In this document: positions 55,267 to 64,000 of the stretch, one piece after another | How the letters are laid out: each line of letters starts with the position of its first letter | Numbering within the stretch: the stretch's first letter is position 1 | Origin: Bacteroidales bacterium | GTDB lineage: Bacteria; Bacteroidota; Bacteroidia; Bacteroidales; UBA7960 | Reading direction: 5' to 3' | DNA length: 64,000 bases | NCBI GenBank assembly: GCA_003567205.1 | Contig: PXAA01000046.1 | Location: 1,403 to 65,402, forward strand | Position numbers and translations under genes: made by a program | The notes under the pieces: model-generated | Database searches by the model: none | The model's input: only the letters and a program-made list of their open reading frames with translations | What the model was told of the DNA's origin: nothing

Positions 55267-56061
55267 TTATTCGCCCTTGGGTTCTTTCTTCTTAGTTTCT
55301 TTCGCCTTCTTGGGTTCTTTCGCCTTCTTGGGTTCTTTCGCCTTCTTGGGTTCTTCCTCCTTCTTGGGTTCTTCCTCTTTCTTGGGTTCCTCCTCTTTCT
55401 TGGGTTCTTCCTCTTTCTTGGGCTCTTCCTCTTTCTTATGTTCTTCCTCCTTCTTGGGTTCTTCCTCCTTCTTAGGTTCTTTTTCCTTTACAGGAGCCAC
55501 TTCGGCTTTTTCTTCTGCCTTGGGCTTTTCTTCTTTAACCTCTTCTGTTGCTTCCGCCTCATCTTTTGGGGCTTCAGCATCCTTAGCTACCTTAAGACTC
55601 TCCTGTGCTCGTTTTTTGGATAGTTCTGCGGCCCTGGTCTCGTTGATTTTTCTTTCGGTTTCAAGCTGTTGTTTGGTCTTGTCTTTATCGGTCAGCTCGG
55701 CATCTTTGCGCATTTTTTCCAGTTTTTCCTGTTTTTCTTTCAGCCATTCCTGGAATTTCTCTTCTGCCTGTTCTTCTGTCAGAGCGTCTTTTTTTACGCC
55801 TTTCAACAAGTGGTGCTTAAGCATAACGCCTTTGCTCGATAATATGCTGCGTGCAGTGTCTGTGGGTTGTGCCCCGACTTGTACCCAGTACAGCGACCTT
55901 TCAAAATTAATCTCAATGGTAGCCGGGTGGGTCAGGGGGTTGTAAGTGCCAAGTCTCTCAATGAATTTTCCGTCTCGGGGTGCACGACCATCCGCAACTA
56001 CCAGGTGGTAAAAGGGTTGTCCTTTTTTACCTTTTCTCTGTAGTCTGATCTTTGTTGGCAT
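55267..56061 (-). CDS. rpsP: 30S ribosomal protein S16 with about 180-aa Lys/Glu-rich repeat tail
   Basis: ATG at 56061 gives [42 protein letters not shown] (S16 core). The tail ends in (KKEEEP)n and (KKAKEP)3. Confidence 0.93.
   Translation of the reverse strand: MPTKIRLQRKGKKGQPFYHLVVADGRAPRDGKFIERLGTYNPLTHPATIEINFERSLYWVQVGAQPTDTARSILSSKGVMLKHHLLKGVKKDALTEEQAEEKFQEWLKEKQEKLEKMRKDAELTDKDKTKQQLETERKINETRAAELSKKRAQESLKVAKDAEAPKDEAEATEEVKEEKPKAEEKAEVAPVKEKEPKKEEEPKKEEEHKKEEEPKKEEEPKKEEEPKKEEEPKKEEEPKKAKEPKKAKEPKKAKETKKKEPKGE
55276..55482. repeat. 18-bp in-frame tandem repeats in the 3' part of rpsP
   Basis: CTTCTTGGGTTCTTTCGC x3 followed by about 7 copies of CTTCTTGGGTTCTTCCTC variants, encoding KAKEPK and KKEEEP units. 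Confidence 0.9.
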
Positions 56062-56210
56062 TGAAATAAGTTTTAATGATAAATAAATCAGGTATTTTAA
56101 CAAGGGTGCAAATATCGGCTTTTTTTTTCGAATAAAAAAATGATTCTGACGAAAAAAACACCACAATTCCCCCCGATTTTGTATAATTTTAAAGTTCAAA
56201 ACCAAAGCGG

Positions 56211-59200
56211 ATGCCGGAAATAGAATTCACTCATTTACACGTACATACACAATATTCCATCCTGGATGGGGCAGCTGCCATAGATCTTTTGTTAAAAAAA
56301 GCGGCCAAAGATGGCATGAAAGCCATGGCAATTACAGACCATGGCAATATGTACGGGGTATTGGTATTTACTGAAAAAGCCCGCAAGCTTGGCATCAAAC
56401 CCATCATCGGTTGCGAGATTTATGTTGCAGAGGGCAGCCGGCACGAAAAAAGAGGCAAGGAAGACCGGAGTGGACATCACCTGATAGTGCTTGCCAAAAA
56501 CATGCAGGGTTATAAAAACTTATCCAGGCTATGTTCCCTTGGGTACCTGGAGGGCTTTTATTATACTGCACGCATCGATAAGGAGTTGCTGTTTCGTTAC
56601 CACGAGGGCCTGATTGCCACCTCTGCCTGCATTGGCGGAGAAATTCCGCAAACCATTCTCAATAAAGGGGAGGAAGTTGCAGAAAAGGTATTGCTTGAGT
56701 ACCTGGGTATTTTTGGGGACGACTTTTACCTGGAATTGCAAAGGCATGGCCTGGAAGAACAGGAAATAGTCAACAAGGTATTGCGGCAATTTTCCGAGAA
56801 ACATAAAGTGCCACTGATCGCCACCAACGACTGTCACTTTATCAATGAAACGGATGCCAGGGCCCACGATATCCTTGTGTGCCTGCAAACAGGCCGCGAC
56901 CTGGATGATGATACACGCATGAAGTATACCGGACAGGAATACCTGAAAAGCCGTCATGAAATGGGTGAATTGTTTTCTGACGTGCCGGAGGCCCTGGCTG
57001 GAACCATGGAGATTGCCGATAAGGTGGAAGACTACAAAATTACCACCAGGCAGATCATGCTGCCCGGATTTCCAATGCCAGAGGGCTATGATAATGAAGA
57101 TGCGTATCTGCGCCATCTGGCATACGAAGGGGCAAATAAATTGTATCCTGAGATTACCGATACTTTAAGGGAGCGTCTAGATTATGAACTGCAGGTGATT
57201 CAGGAGATGGGTTATGCCGGCTATTTTCTGATAGTTCAGGATTTCATAAACAAAGCCAGGGAAATGGACGTGGCTGTGGGCCCGGGCCGGGGGAGCGCTG
57301 CGGGTTCTGCTGTTGCCTACTGTACGGGGATCACGGCCATTGACCCGATAAGGTATAACCTGCTGTTTGAGCGCTTTCTAAATCCCGAAAGGGTATCAAT
57401 GCCTGACATTGATATTGATTTTGACGATGAGGGCCGGGAAAAAGTTTTACAATATGTAATCGACAAATATGGCCGCGAAAAGGTGGCACAAATTGTTACA
57501 TTCGGCACCATGGCTGCCCGCTCTTCAATCCGGGATGTGGCACGTGTGCTCAAACTGCCGCTTCAGGAGGCCGATCGCCTGGCAAAACTGGTTCCCGAAA
57601 GGCAGGGTGCGACTTTAAAAAATGCATACAAAGAAGTGCCGGAACTGGCCCAGGCACTAAAGGAAGCGCCTCCGCTGGTGCAGGAAACCCTTCAGTATGC
57701 GCAAAGCCTTGAAGGTTCCATTCGCCAGACAGGAGTGCATGCCTGTGGGGTGATCATTGGTCCATCCGACCTGGTGGATTGCCTCCCTTTGAGCACACAG
57801 AAGGATACCGACCTGCCCGTAACCCAGTATGAAGGCAAGCTGGTTGAGTCGGTGGGCATGCTCAAAATGGACTTTCTGGGGCTTAAAACCCTGTCCATTA
57901 TCAAAGAAGCCATAAAAAACATTAAAAAACGCTATGGCAGCAGGATAGACATTGAGAATATCCCGCTGGATGATGAAGAAACCTATAAATTGTATCAGCG
58001 TGGCGATACCATTGGTACTTTTCAGTTCGAATCGCAGGGCATGCGCGAATACCTTAAGGAACTAAAACCTTCCAATATTGAAGACCTGATTGCCATGAAC
58101 GCATTGTACCGGCCTGGCCCGATGGATTTTATTCCATTGTATATAAAACGTAAGCATGGACGGCAAAAGGTGGAGTATCCGCATCCGTGGCTGGAAGACA
58201 TTCTGAAACCTACATTTGGCATCATGGTCTACCAGGAGCAGATCATGCAATCGGCACAGATCATGGCAGGGTATTCCCTGGCCAATGCGGATATTTTGCG
58301 CAGGGCAATGGGAAAGAAGAAAAAAGACGAGATGGAGCGCCAGAAAGCTTTTTTCATTGAAGGAGCACTGAAAAAAGGCATAGAAAGGGGTAATGCCGAG
58401 AAGATCTTCGAGATCATGTCCCGTTTTGCCGAATATGGCTTTAACCGCTCCCACTCTGCGGCATATTCCGTTGTAGCCTATCGTACGGCTTATTTAAAAG
58501 CTAATTATACGGCCGAATATATGGCGGCTGTACTTACCCACAATTTCAGTGAGATCAAGAAGATCACCTTCGTCATGGAAGAGTGCCAGCGGCAACAGAT
58601 TCCTGTCCTTGGCCCGAATGTCAACGAAAGTACTTTCAACTTCGTGGTAAATGACAAAGGGGAAATCCGTTTTGGTCTTGGAGCAATCAAAGGGGTTGGC
58701 GAAGGGGCGGTGGAGAATATTGTCATTGAACGTGAGAACAACGGGCCATACAAGAATGTATTCGACTTTGCCAAACGTGTGAATCTGCGAAATGTGAACA
58801 AACGCGTATTTGAAGCCTTGGCCAGGGCAGGTGCTTTCGACTGTTTTGAAGGATCGCACAGGGCCCGGTTTTTCTTTTCAGAAGATAATGGGGCCAGTAT
58901 CTTTATCGATAAAATCATCCGGCACGCAAACAATATTCAGATGCGTGAGAATACTTCCCAGATGAATCTGTTCGAGGAAACCAATGAGGTCTATTTCCCA
59001 GATCCCGAGCTTCCTGTTTGCGAACCCTGGAATAAACTTGAAATACTCAGGCAGGAAAAAGAGGTTACAGGAATGTATATTTCAGGCCATCCGCTCGACA
59101 ATTTCAAAATCCATATAAAAAGTTATTGTAACCATAGCGTGGGAGACCTGAAAAACCCGCACAGCCTGAAAAACAAGGAAATCATTTTTGCCGGGATCAT

Positions 59201-59675
59201 TACGGATGTGGCACATAAACACACCCGGACAGGCAACCCTTATGGGACCATTCAAATTGAGGATTATTCCGATTCCTATCTGCTGTACGTGTTTGCAGAG
59301 GATTATCTTAAGGTAAAACATTTTATGGAGGTACAAAACACGGTATTGGTTAAAGCCAGGATGCAGGTCAACAGGAAAGAGCCGTCGCAGCTCGACATCA
59401 GGGTGAAAACTATGCATTTGCTCAGCGACCTGGTTGAACATGATGAATCTGACCTGGTATTGCAATTACCGGTGGCCGATGTCGATAAGTACCTGGTGGA
59501 ACGTATGAAGTCTATCGCCGGAAAACATCGTGGCAACTCGCGCCTGAAGGTTTTGCTCATGGATCCTGTCGAAAACTATTCCATCGAAATGATCTCGCGC
59601 ACAGTTAAAGTGGAACCGGTTGGATTTTTAATGGAACTGCTAAAACATTATGAGATCAGCTACCGTTTAAATTAG
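56211..59675 (+). CDS. dnaE: DNA polymerase III alpha subunit
   Basis: 1154 aa with an N-terminal PHP domain ([15 protein letters not shown]), palm motif (MPDIDIDF), and HhH/OB regions. Confidence 0.97.
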   Translation: MPEIEFTHLHVHTQYSILDGAAAIDLLLKKAAKDGMKAMAITDHGNMYGVLVFTEKARKLGIKPIIGCEIYVAEGSRHEKRGKEDRSGHHLIVLAKNMQGYKNLSRLCSLGYLEGFYYTARIDKELLFRYHEGLIATSACIGGEIPQTILNKGEEVAEKVLLEYLGIFGDDFYLELQRHGLEEQEIVNKVLRQFSEKHKVPLIATNDCHFINETDARAHDILVCLQTGRDLDDDTRMKYTGQEYLKSRHEMGELFSDVPEALAGTMEIADKVEDYKITTRQIMLPGFPMPEGYDNEDAYLRHLAYEGANKLYPEITDTLRERLDYELQVIQEMGYAGYFLIVQDFINKAREMDVAVGPGRGSAAGSAVAYCTGITAIDPIRYNLLFERFLNPERVSMPDIDIDFDDEGREKVLQYVIDKYGREKVAQIVTFGTMAARSSIRDVARVLKLPLQEADRLAKLVPERQGATLKNAYKEVPELAQALKEAPPLVQETLQYAQSLEGSIRQTGVHACGVIIGPSDLVDCLPLSTQKDTDLPVTQYEGKLVESVGMLKMDFLGLKTLSIIKEAIKNIKKRYGSRIDIENIPLDDEETYKLYQRGDTIGTFQFESQGMREYLKELKPSNIEDLIAMNALYRPGPMDFIPLYIKRKHGRQKVEYPHPWLEDILKPTFGIMVYQEQIMQSAQIMAGYSLANADILRRAMGKKKKDEMERQKAFFIEGALKKGIERGNAEKIFEIMSRFAEYGFNRSHSAAYSVVAYRTAYLKANYTAEYMAAVLTHNFSEIKKITFVMEECQRQQIPVLGPNVNESTFNFVVNDKGEIRFGLGAIKGVGEGAVENIVIERENNGPYKNVFDFAKRVNLRNVNKRVFEALARAGAFDCFEGSHRARFFFSEDNGASIFIDKIIRHANNIQMRENTSQMNLFEETNEVYFPDPELPVCEPWNKLEILRQEKEVTGMYISGHPLDNFKIHIKSYCNHSVGDLKNPHSLKNKEIIFAGIITDVAHKHTRTGNPYGTIQIEDYSDSYLLYVFAEDYLKVKHFMEVQNTVLVKARMQVNRKEPSQLDIRVKTMHLLSDLVEHDESDLVLQLPVADVDKYLVERMKSIAGKHRGNSRLKVLLMDPVENYSIEMISRTVKVEPVGFLMELLKHYEISYRLN

Positions 59676-59710
59676 TGACATTTTAACACGTAGATTTGCT
59701 GCATAAAGAA

Positions 59711-59718
59711 TATATTTG
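59711..59718 (+). promoter_or_regulatory. Candidate -7 promoter element for trxA
   Basis: TATATTTG is a perfect TAnnTTTG, 28 nt upstream of the ATG. TTTG at 59695-59698 may serve as the upstream element. Confidence 0.4.
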
Positions 59719-59745
59719 TATCATTGACAAAACACATTTTACATT

Positions 59746-60063
59746 ATGACACATGAATTCACTGATTCTAATTTTGAAGAGCTTGTAGAAAAGGCAGATA
59801 AGCCCGTATTGGTAGATTTTTGGGCAGAATGGTGCGGACCTTGCCGGATGGTTGGTCCCATTGTTTCTGAACTTGCAGAAGAGTATAAAGACAAGGTGAT
59901 TGTCGGCAAACTTGATGTGGACAGCAACCCGGATATATCTATGAAGTATGGAATCCGGAATATTCCGACCGTTTTGTTTTTTAAAGATGGGGAGGTGGCC
60001 GACAAACAGGTGGGTGCTGTGCCGAAATCTGTGCTTGCCGGCAAACTGGAAAGCCTCTTGTAA
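59746..60063 (+). CDS. trxA: Thioredoxin
   Basis: 105 aa with VLVDFWAEWCGPCR. Confidence 0.96.
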   Translation: MTHEFTDSNFEELVEKADKPVLVDFWAEWCGPCRMVGPIVSELAEEYKDKVIVGKLDVDSNPDISMKYGIRNIPTVLFFKDGEVADKQVGAVPKSVLAGKLESLL

Positions 60064-60078
60064 ATAATAGAAATCACT

Positions 60079-60099
60079 GGCCCCGATAAAGCCGGGGCC
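60079..60099 (+). terminator. GC-rich hairpin after trxA (possible terminator)
   Basis: GGCCCCG-ataaagc-CGGGGCC, 16 nt after the stop codon. The T-run (TTTTTT at 60114-60119) is not adjacent to the stem. Confidence 0.4.
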
Positions 60100-60117
60100 A
60101 TATAAATCTTCGGTTTT

Positions 60118-61050
60118 TTGATAAAAAAAATTGATCCGGAGGTCCCGGGACGGTTTGGTACGCTTGATTTTTTGGCCCGCCAGGTGGTAGAGGGTTTTAT
60201 TACCGGTATGCACAAAAGCCCTTTTCACGGGTTTTCGGTTGAGTTTGCCGAGCACAGGATATATAATCCAGGCGAAAGTACCCGACATATTGACTGGAAG
60301 TTATACGGACGTACCGACAAGTTGTTTGTCAAGCGCTTTGAAGAGGAAACCAACCTGAGATGCCAGATCGTTATCGACAATTCCTCGTCCATGTATTTCA
60401 CAGGCCGTGACCGTACAGGCCGGCAATCATCCAAACTGGGATTTTCAGTTGAATGTGCTGCAGCGCTTATTTACCTGTTAAGGAAACAAAGGGATGCGGT
60501 CGGGCTCAGCGTAGTTTCTGACAAAATGGATTTGCATACTACTGCCCGGTCAAACAGTGTGCATCATAAGATGTTGTATAGCCAGCTTGACCGCCTGTAC
60601 AGGCATCTGGAACAAGGCGTTCAGAAAACGACCAATACGGCGGAGATCCTGCACCTGCTTGCAGAGAAAATACACAAACGTTCGCTGGTGGTGATCTTTT
60701 CTGATATGATGGATAATGAAGCGGATCCGGAAAATTTGTTCTCAGCACTTCAGCACCTGAAGCACAATAAACACGAAGTAATCCTTTTTCATGTGTTTGA
60801 AAAGCAAAAAGAACTTACTTTTGATTACCAGGGCCGGCCGTTTCGTTTTATTGATATGGAAACGGGGGAAGATGTCAGGCTGAATCCGGCTGATCTGAAA
60901 GAAAGCTATGTGAAAAAAATGGACGCCTATTATCGAGACCTGCGCCTTAAATGCATGCAATATAAGATAGATTTTGTCCCATCCGACATCAATGAGGGTT
61001 TCGAAAATATACTACTGTCATTTTTACTGAAAAGATCAAAGCTTTATTAG
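60118..61050 (+). CDS. DUF58 (vWA-like) domain protein
   Basis: GMHKSPFHGFSVEFAEHRIYNPGESTRHIDWK is the DUF58 signature, with a vWA-like fold following. Start is TTG and uncertain. Confidence 0.8.
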   Translation: MIKKIDPEVPGRFGTLDFLARQVVEGFITGMHKSPFHGFSVEFAEHRIYNPGESTRHIDWKLYGRTDKLFVKRFEEETNLRCQIVIDNSSSMYFTGRDRTGRQSSKLGFSVECAAALIYLLRKQRDAVGLSVVSDKMDLHTTARSNSVHHKMLYSQLDRLYRHLEQGVQKTTNTAEILHLLAEKIHKRSLVVIFSDMMDNEADPENLFSALQHLKHNKHEVILFHVFEKQKELTFDYQGRPFRFIDMETGEDVRLNPADLKESYVKKMDAYYRDLRLKCMQYKIDFVPSDINEGFENILLSFLLKRSKLY

Positions 61051-61072
61051 TTACAGGTTTTTTAAAATCTGA

Positions 61073-62059
61073 ATGTTTTTGATAATGGGTTATATCATGA
61101 AAACATTGCAATTTTTGCCGGGCATGGTCACCATTGATTTGCTGGCGGCCCTGGTGGCACTATTATTTGTACTGTGGGCGGCCACCTTAATTATTTACCT
61201 GAAATCGCACAGACGATCAAAACGAAAGATCCATAAGTTGTTTGGACGTCTTGCCATTAAAAGTCATCAGACGGCCAAGGCGATGATGGAATATGAGAAT
61301 AAATTCTGCAGACTGGTTGAGCATATGAACGAGGGCCTTTTTCTTGTCAATACTGCCAATGAGATTGAATATGCCAATCAGTGTGCCTTTGATATTTTGC
61401 GACGGCCCCGCGACCAGGTCGTCGGGCGAAAATTATCGGATTTTGCGGTGGGGGCATCCGAAGCAAACTGCCTTGAGGGAATCCTGCGGAAAAAAAAACA
61501 GGGGGGTAAATGCCGCGAAGAATTGCATCTGATCAGGGGCGACAATGAAATGTTTTGGGCAAGCCTCAGCTTCAGTTACCCTCAAGAGCTCAAGGACATC
61601 AATGGTGGCGCTATTGTGGTGATGACTGATATATCTGATCACATCAGGCTGGAAAATAAGATGCATAAGTATACTGGCTCCCTGGTACAGAAAGTGAAAC
61701 AGCAAAACTGTATGTTTGCTATGCAGGATATGATCTCCAACTCAGGGTTACCTGCGGATGAGATTTTTCGCCGCGCCCTGAAAATCATTCCGGAGGGTCT
61801 TCGTTACGGGGGTGAAGTGGGTGTGGAGATTGTATTTCGCGATAAGCGTTTTGCATCGCCGGGCTTTCATTTGACCGATTGGAGCTATAAGGCCCCCATA
61901 AAGATCGCTAACAAAAGCATGGGCCATCTTGTGGTAAGTTATTCGGCCCACGGTCCGTCAGGTCTGATCAAGCCATTCCGGGTCGGGGAGAAGGTACTGA
62001 TAAAAAGCCTGGCGGACAAACTGGCGCATGCCCCTTCCGTTCAGCAGTCTGTATTATAA
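61073..62059 (+). CDS. Membrane-anchored PAS-domain sensor lacking a recognisable output domain
   Basis: One TM (DLLAALVALLFVLWAATLIIYL), a PAS-like region (FCRLVEHMNEGLFLVNTANEIEYANQCAFDILRRP), and a C-terminal small sensory module (VEIVFRDKRFASPGFHLTDWSYKAPIKIANKSMGHLVVSY). No kinase, GGDEF or HTH. Confidence 0.6.
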   Translation: MFLIMGYIMKTLQFLPGMVTIDLLAALVALLFVLWAATLIIYLKSHRRSKRKIHKLFGRLAIKSHQTAKAMMEYENKFCRLVEHMNEGLFLVNTANEIEYANQCAFDILRRPRDQVVGRKLSDFAVGASEANCLEGILRKKKQGGKCREELHLIRGDNEMFWASLSFSYPQELKDINGGAIVVMTDISDHIRLENKMHKYTGSLVQKVKQQNCMFAMQDMISNSGLPADEIFRRALKIIPEGLRYGGEVGVEIVFRDKRFASPGFHLTDWSYKAPIKIANKSMGHLVVSYSAHGPSGLIKPFRVGEKVLIKSLADKLAHAPSVQQSVL

Positions 62060-63298
62060 TACGTCTACAATCTTGCCTGTGGCATAGGCGCCTTTATCCA
62101 GTTTGTCCTTTACCTTTGAAAATGCATCAAGGGTATACTCAACGTCTTCAAGGGTGTGAACCGCAGTGGGGATCAGCCGCAGTATAATCATTCCCCTTGG
62201 GATAACCGGATATCCTACCACTGAACAGAAGATATTGAAGTTTTCCCGGAGGTCGTGGGTCAGGTTGGCGCCTTCCGAAGTGTCGCCACTGAGTACCACC
62301 GGAGTTACAGGCGATTGGGTATTGCCGATATTAAAACCTCTGTTTTTCAGACCGTTTTGCAGTGCCCGGGCAATTGTCCATACTTTCTCGCGCAGCTCGG
62401 GTTGTTTCCTGATCAGTTCCAGGCGTTTGAGCCCGCCGGCAACCAGTGGCATAGGCAATGACTTGGCGTAAATCTGGGAGCGCATATTGTACATTAGGTA
62501 AGTAATCACTTCTTTAGGTCCGGCAACAAAGGCGCCAATGGATGCAAAAGCTTTTGCAAAGGTGCCAAAGAAAACATCCACCTTGTCCTGAACACCGAAG
62601 TGTTCGCCCGTACCGGCCCCTGTTTCTCCCATGGTACCCACTCCATGGGCATCGTCAACCAGTAGCCGGAAGTTGAAGTCTTCTTTCATGACGGCAATCT
62701 CATCGAGTTTGCCCAGATCGCCCGACATGCCAAAAACCCCTTCGGTGATAACCAGGATACCACCACCAGTTTTACGGGCCAGTTTGGTGGCGCGCTCCAG
62801 TTGCACCCTCAGGTTTTCCATGTCGTTGTGCGGGTATACAAAGCGCTTGCCAAGGTGCATGCGCAACCCGTCAATGATGCAGGCATGCGATTCTGAGTCA
62901 TATACGACCACATCCTGCCTGTCGAGAAGGGCATCAATAATTGACACCATGCCCTGGTATCCGTAATTAAGCAAGTAAGCGGATTCTTTGCCTACAAAAG
63001 CGGCCAATTCATTTTCAAGTTGCTCATGCAGCCTGGTTTGTCCTGACATCATCCTGGCACCCATTGGCAATGCCAAACCATATTCCCTGGCTGCTTCGGC
63101 ATCTGCCTTGCGGACTTCCGGATGGTTTGCAAGGCCCAGGTAATTATTCAGGCTCCAGACAAGTTTTTCTTTGCCCTGGAAGTACATGCGATTGGATATT
63201 TCGCCTTCCAGCGTTGGAAAAGTAAAATAGCCGTGTACCCGGCTTGCATATTGTCCTATAGGCCCCAATTTGGCCGTGGCTTTTGTAAAAATATCCAT
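62054..63298 (-). CDS. Alpha-oxoamine synthase family PLP enzyme (8-amino-7-oxononanoate synthase / serine palmitoyltransferase-like)
   Basis: WSLNNYLGLANHPEV, DDAHG, and FGTFAKAFASIGAF (PLP-Lys region). ATG at 63298 is preferred because a perfect TAnnTTTG lies upstream of it. Confidence 0.8.
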   Translation of the reverse strand: MDIFTKATAKLGPIGQYASRVHGYFTFPTLEGEISNRMYFQGKEKLVWSLNNYLGLANHPEVRKADAEAAREYGLALPMGARMMSGQTRLHEQLENELAAFVGKESAYLLNYGYQGMVSIIDALLDRQDVVVYDSESHACIIDGLRMHLGKRFVYPHNDMENLRVQLERATKLARKTGGGILVITEGVFGMSGDLGKLDEIAVMKEDFNFRLLVDDAHGVGTMGETGAGTGEHFGVQDKVDVFFGTFAKAFASIGAFVAGPKEVITYLMYNMRSQIYAKSLPMPLVAGGLKRLELIRKQPELREKVWTIARALQNGLKNRGFNIGNTQSPVTPVVLSGDTSEGANLTHDLRENFNIFCSVVGYPVIPRGMIILRLIPTAVHTLEDVEYTLDAFSKVKDKLDKGAYATGKIVDVL

Positions 63299-63337
63299 AT
63301 TTGATAGAATAGATTTGTGAATACAGGATTTATCTGG

Positions 63338-63345
63338 CAAAATTA
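63338..63345 (-). promoter_or_regulatory. Candidate -7 promoter element for the alpha-oxoamine synthase gene
   Basis: Minus strand reads TAATTTTG, a perfect TAnnTTTG, 40 nt upstream of the ATG at 63298. Confidence 0.35.
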
Positions 63346-63387
63346 AACTATTATCCTTTTTATGCAAAAAATCCAGACAATACTTTG

Positions 63388-63966
63388 TCAGGTTTGGGAG
63401 AACAGTTTACGAAAAAATACGGCCGGGTCAGGACAAATGTCTTGATAGGCTTGTTTTTTCCCAGGAAAGGCCACACCAGGAAAATCCCCTTTTTTACCTT
63501 TCATATCTGTGATGATCTGAAAATGCAGATGTGGTGGCCAGTCACCATTTTCAGGGGCATCGCCTGTATGACATAGCAGCTTGCCTGCCTTAACAGGCAT
63601 TTGCTCTTCGATTCCATCCAATGATCCGGACGACAGGTGTCCGTAAAGGGTAAAGAAAGATATTTTCTGCAGACGGTGCTCAATGATGATGGTGGGTCCG
63701 TAATCGCCATACTGCGCATTGTTCTGAAAACTGTGTATATGACCGTCGAGTGGCAGATATACTGGTGTTCCGGCAGCTGCCCATACGTCTGTTCCCAGGT
63801 GAATGCTGCGTGCATCCCCCCCGGGGGCGCCAAAAAGGGAACTCCGGCGATAAACCGCACGGTCTTCCATATAGCCGCCATATGCATAAATGGCCTTTTG
63901 GGCTTTCATACGGTCAAAAATATATTGTCCAAGCATCTTTGAATCTTTAATGGCCAGGTTTTCCAT
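63388..63966 (-). CDS. M23-family metallopeptidase
   Basis: HLGTDVWAAAGTPVYLPLDGHI (HxxxD...G) and PPHLHF (HxH) motifs. Confidence 0.8.
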   Translation of the reverse strand: MENLAIKDSKMLGQYIFDRMKAQKAIYAYGGYMEDRAVYRRSSLFGAPGGDARSIHLGTDVWAAAGTPVYLPLDGHIHSFQNNAQYGDYGPTIIIEHRLQKISFFTLYGHLSSGSLDGIEEQMPVKAGKLLCHTGDAPENGDWPPHLHFQIITDMKGKKGDFPGVAFPGKKQAYQDICPDPAVFFRKLFSQT

Positions 63967-64000
63967 ATCGGTGTTGTTGCTTGTGAGGTCAAGCAGCAGG

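Noticed and set aside
55244-55267. tRNA-like GGGTTCGAAGG between rimM and rpsP
   Set aside because: It resembles a T-arm core, but there is no flanking acceptor, D or anticodon stem, and the gap is only 23 nt.
55276-55482. Possible CRISPR array, given the regular short repeats
   Set aside because: The repeats are contiguous 18-mers with no unique spacers. They are in frame within rpsP, and there are no cas genes in the window.
55252-55945. Plus-strand ORFs of 123 and 222 aa rich in F/L/G/S repeats
   Set aside because: They are the antisense reading of the 18-bp repeats in the rpsP tail, and their periodic low-complexity translation is an artefact of that repeat.
1-64000. Mobile elements, prophage, defence islands
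   Set aside because: No integrase, transposase, recombinase, restriction-modification, toxin-antitoxin or Cas-like ORF was recognised. No terminal inverted repeats or tRNA-adjacent breakpoints were seen.

Overview
This is a 64-kb chromosomal window that looks like an anaerobic Bacteroidota genome. Support for that: perfect TAnnTTTG -7 promoter motifs before several genes, many lipobox lipoproteins, an S16 with a long K/E-rich tail, DUF349, and a split 5'-nucleotidase. About 60 genes are densely packed. I saw no transposase, integrase, CRISPR array, rRNA or tRNA. Most genes are housekeeping: MATE exporter, a GT2/GT4/gmhA/gmhB glycan module, mnmA, ndk, nrnA, three FKBP lipoproteins plus lgt, dnaA, ribD, ribF, smpB, secA, clpB, rimM-rpsP, dnaE and trxA.

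The standout is a roughly 17-kb locus (19.9-37.1 kb) built around an electron-bifurcating [FeFe]-hydrogenase, hydC-hydB-hydA. It is bracketed by two different sensor-type (HydS-like, non-canonical H-cluster motifs) hydrogenase paralogues.
- One paralogue carries a PAS domain. It sits between a small [2Fe-2S] protein and a PP2C phosphatase.
- The other is fused to a HisKA/HATPase histidine kinase inside the hydCBA operon. It is followed by a stand-alone receiver, a receiver-kinase hybrid, Rex and ribF.
- Downstream lie hydG, two tandem TM1266-type ACT-like regulators, an Rrf2 regulator and zupT. hydE and hydF are not in the window.

Other oddities:
- A 545-bp ORF-free region of much lower apparent GC, with iteron-like repeats and palindromes, upstream of an XRE gene.
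- Heptanucleotide tandem repeats that start exactly at stop codons, two of them sharing an identical 23-nt junction.
- A perfect (GGTAAC)4 repeat and a Lys-to-Glu change in conserved motifs of HydA.
- A RibF whose kinase half lacks the PTAN motif.

All calls come from reading the translated ORFs and the DNA by eye. No database search was run.
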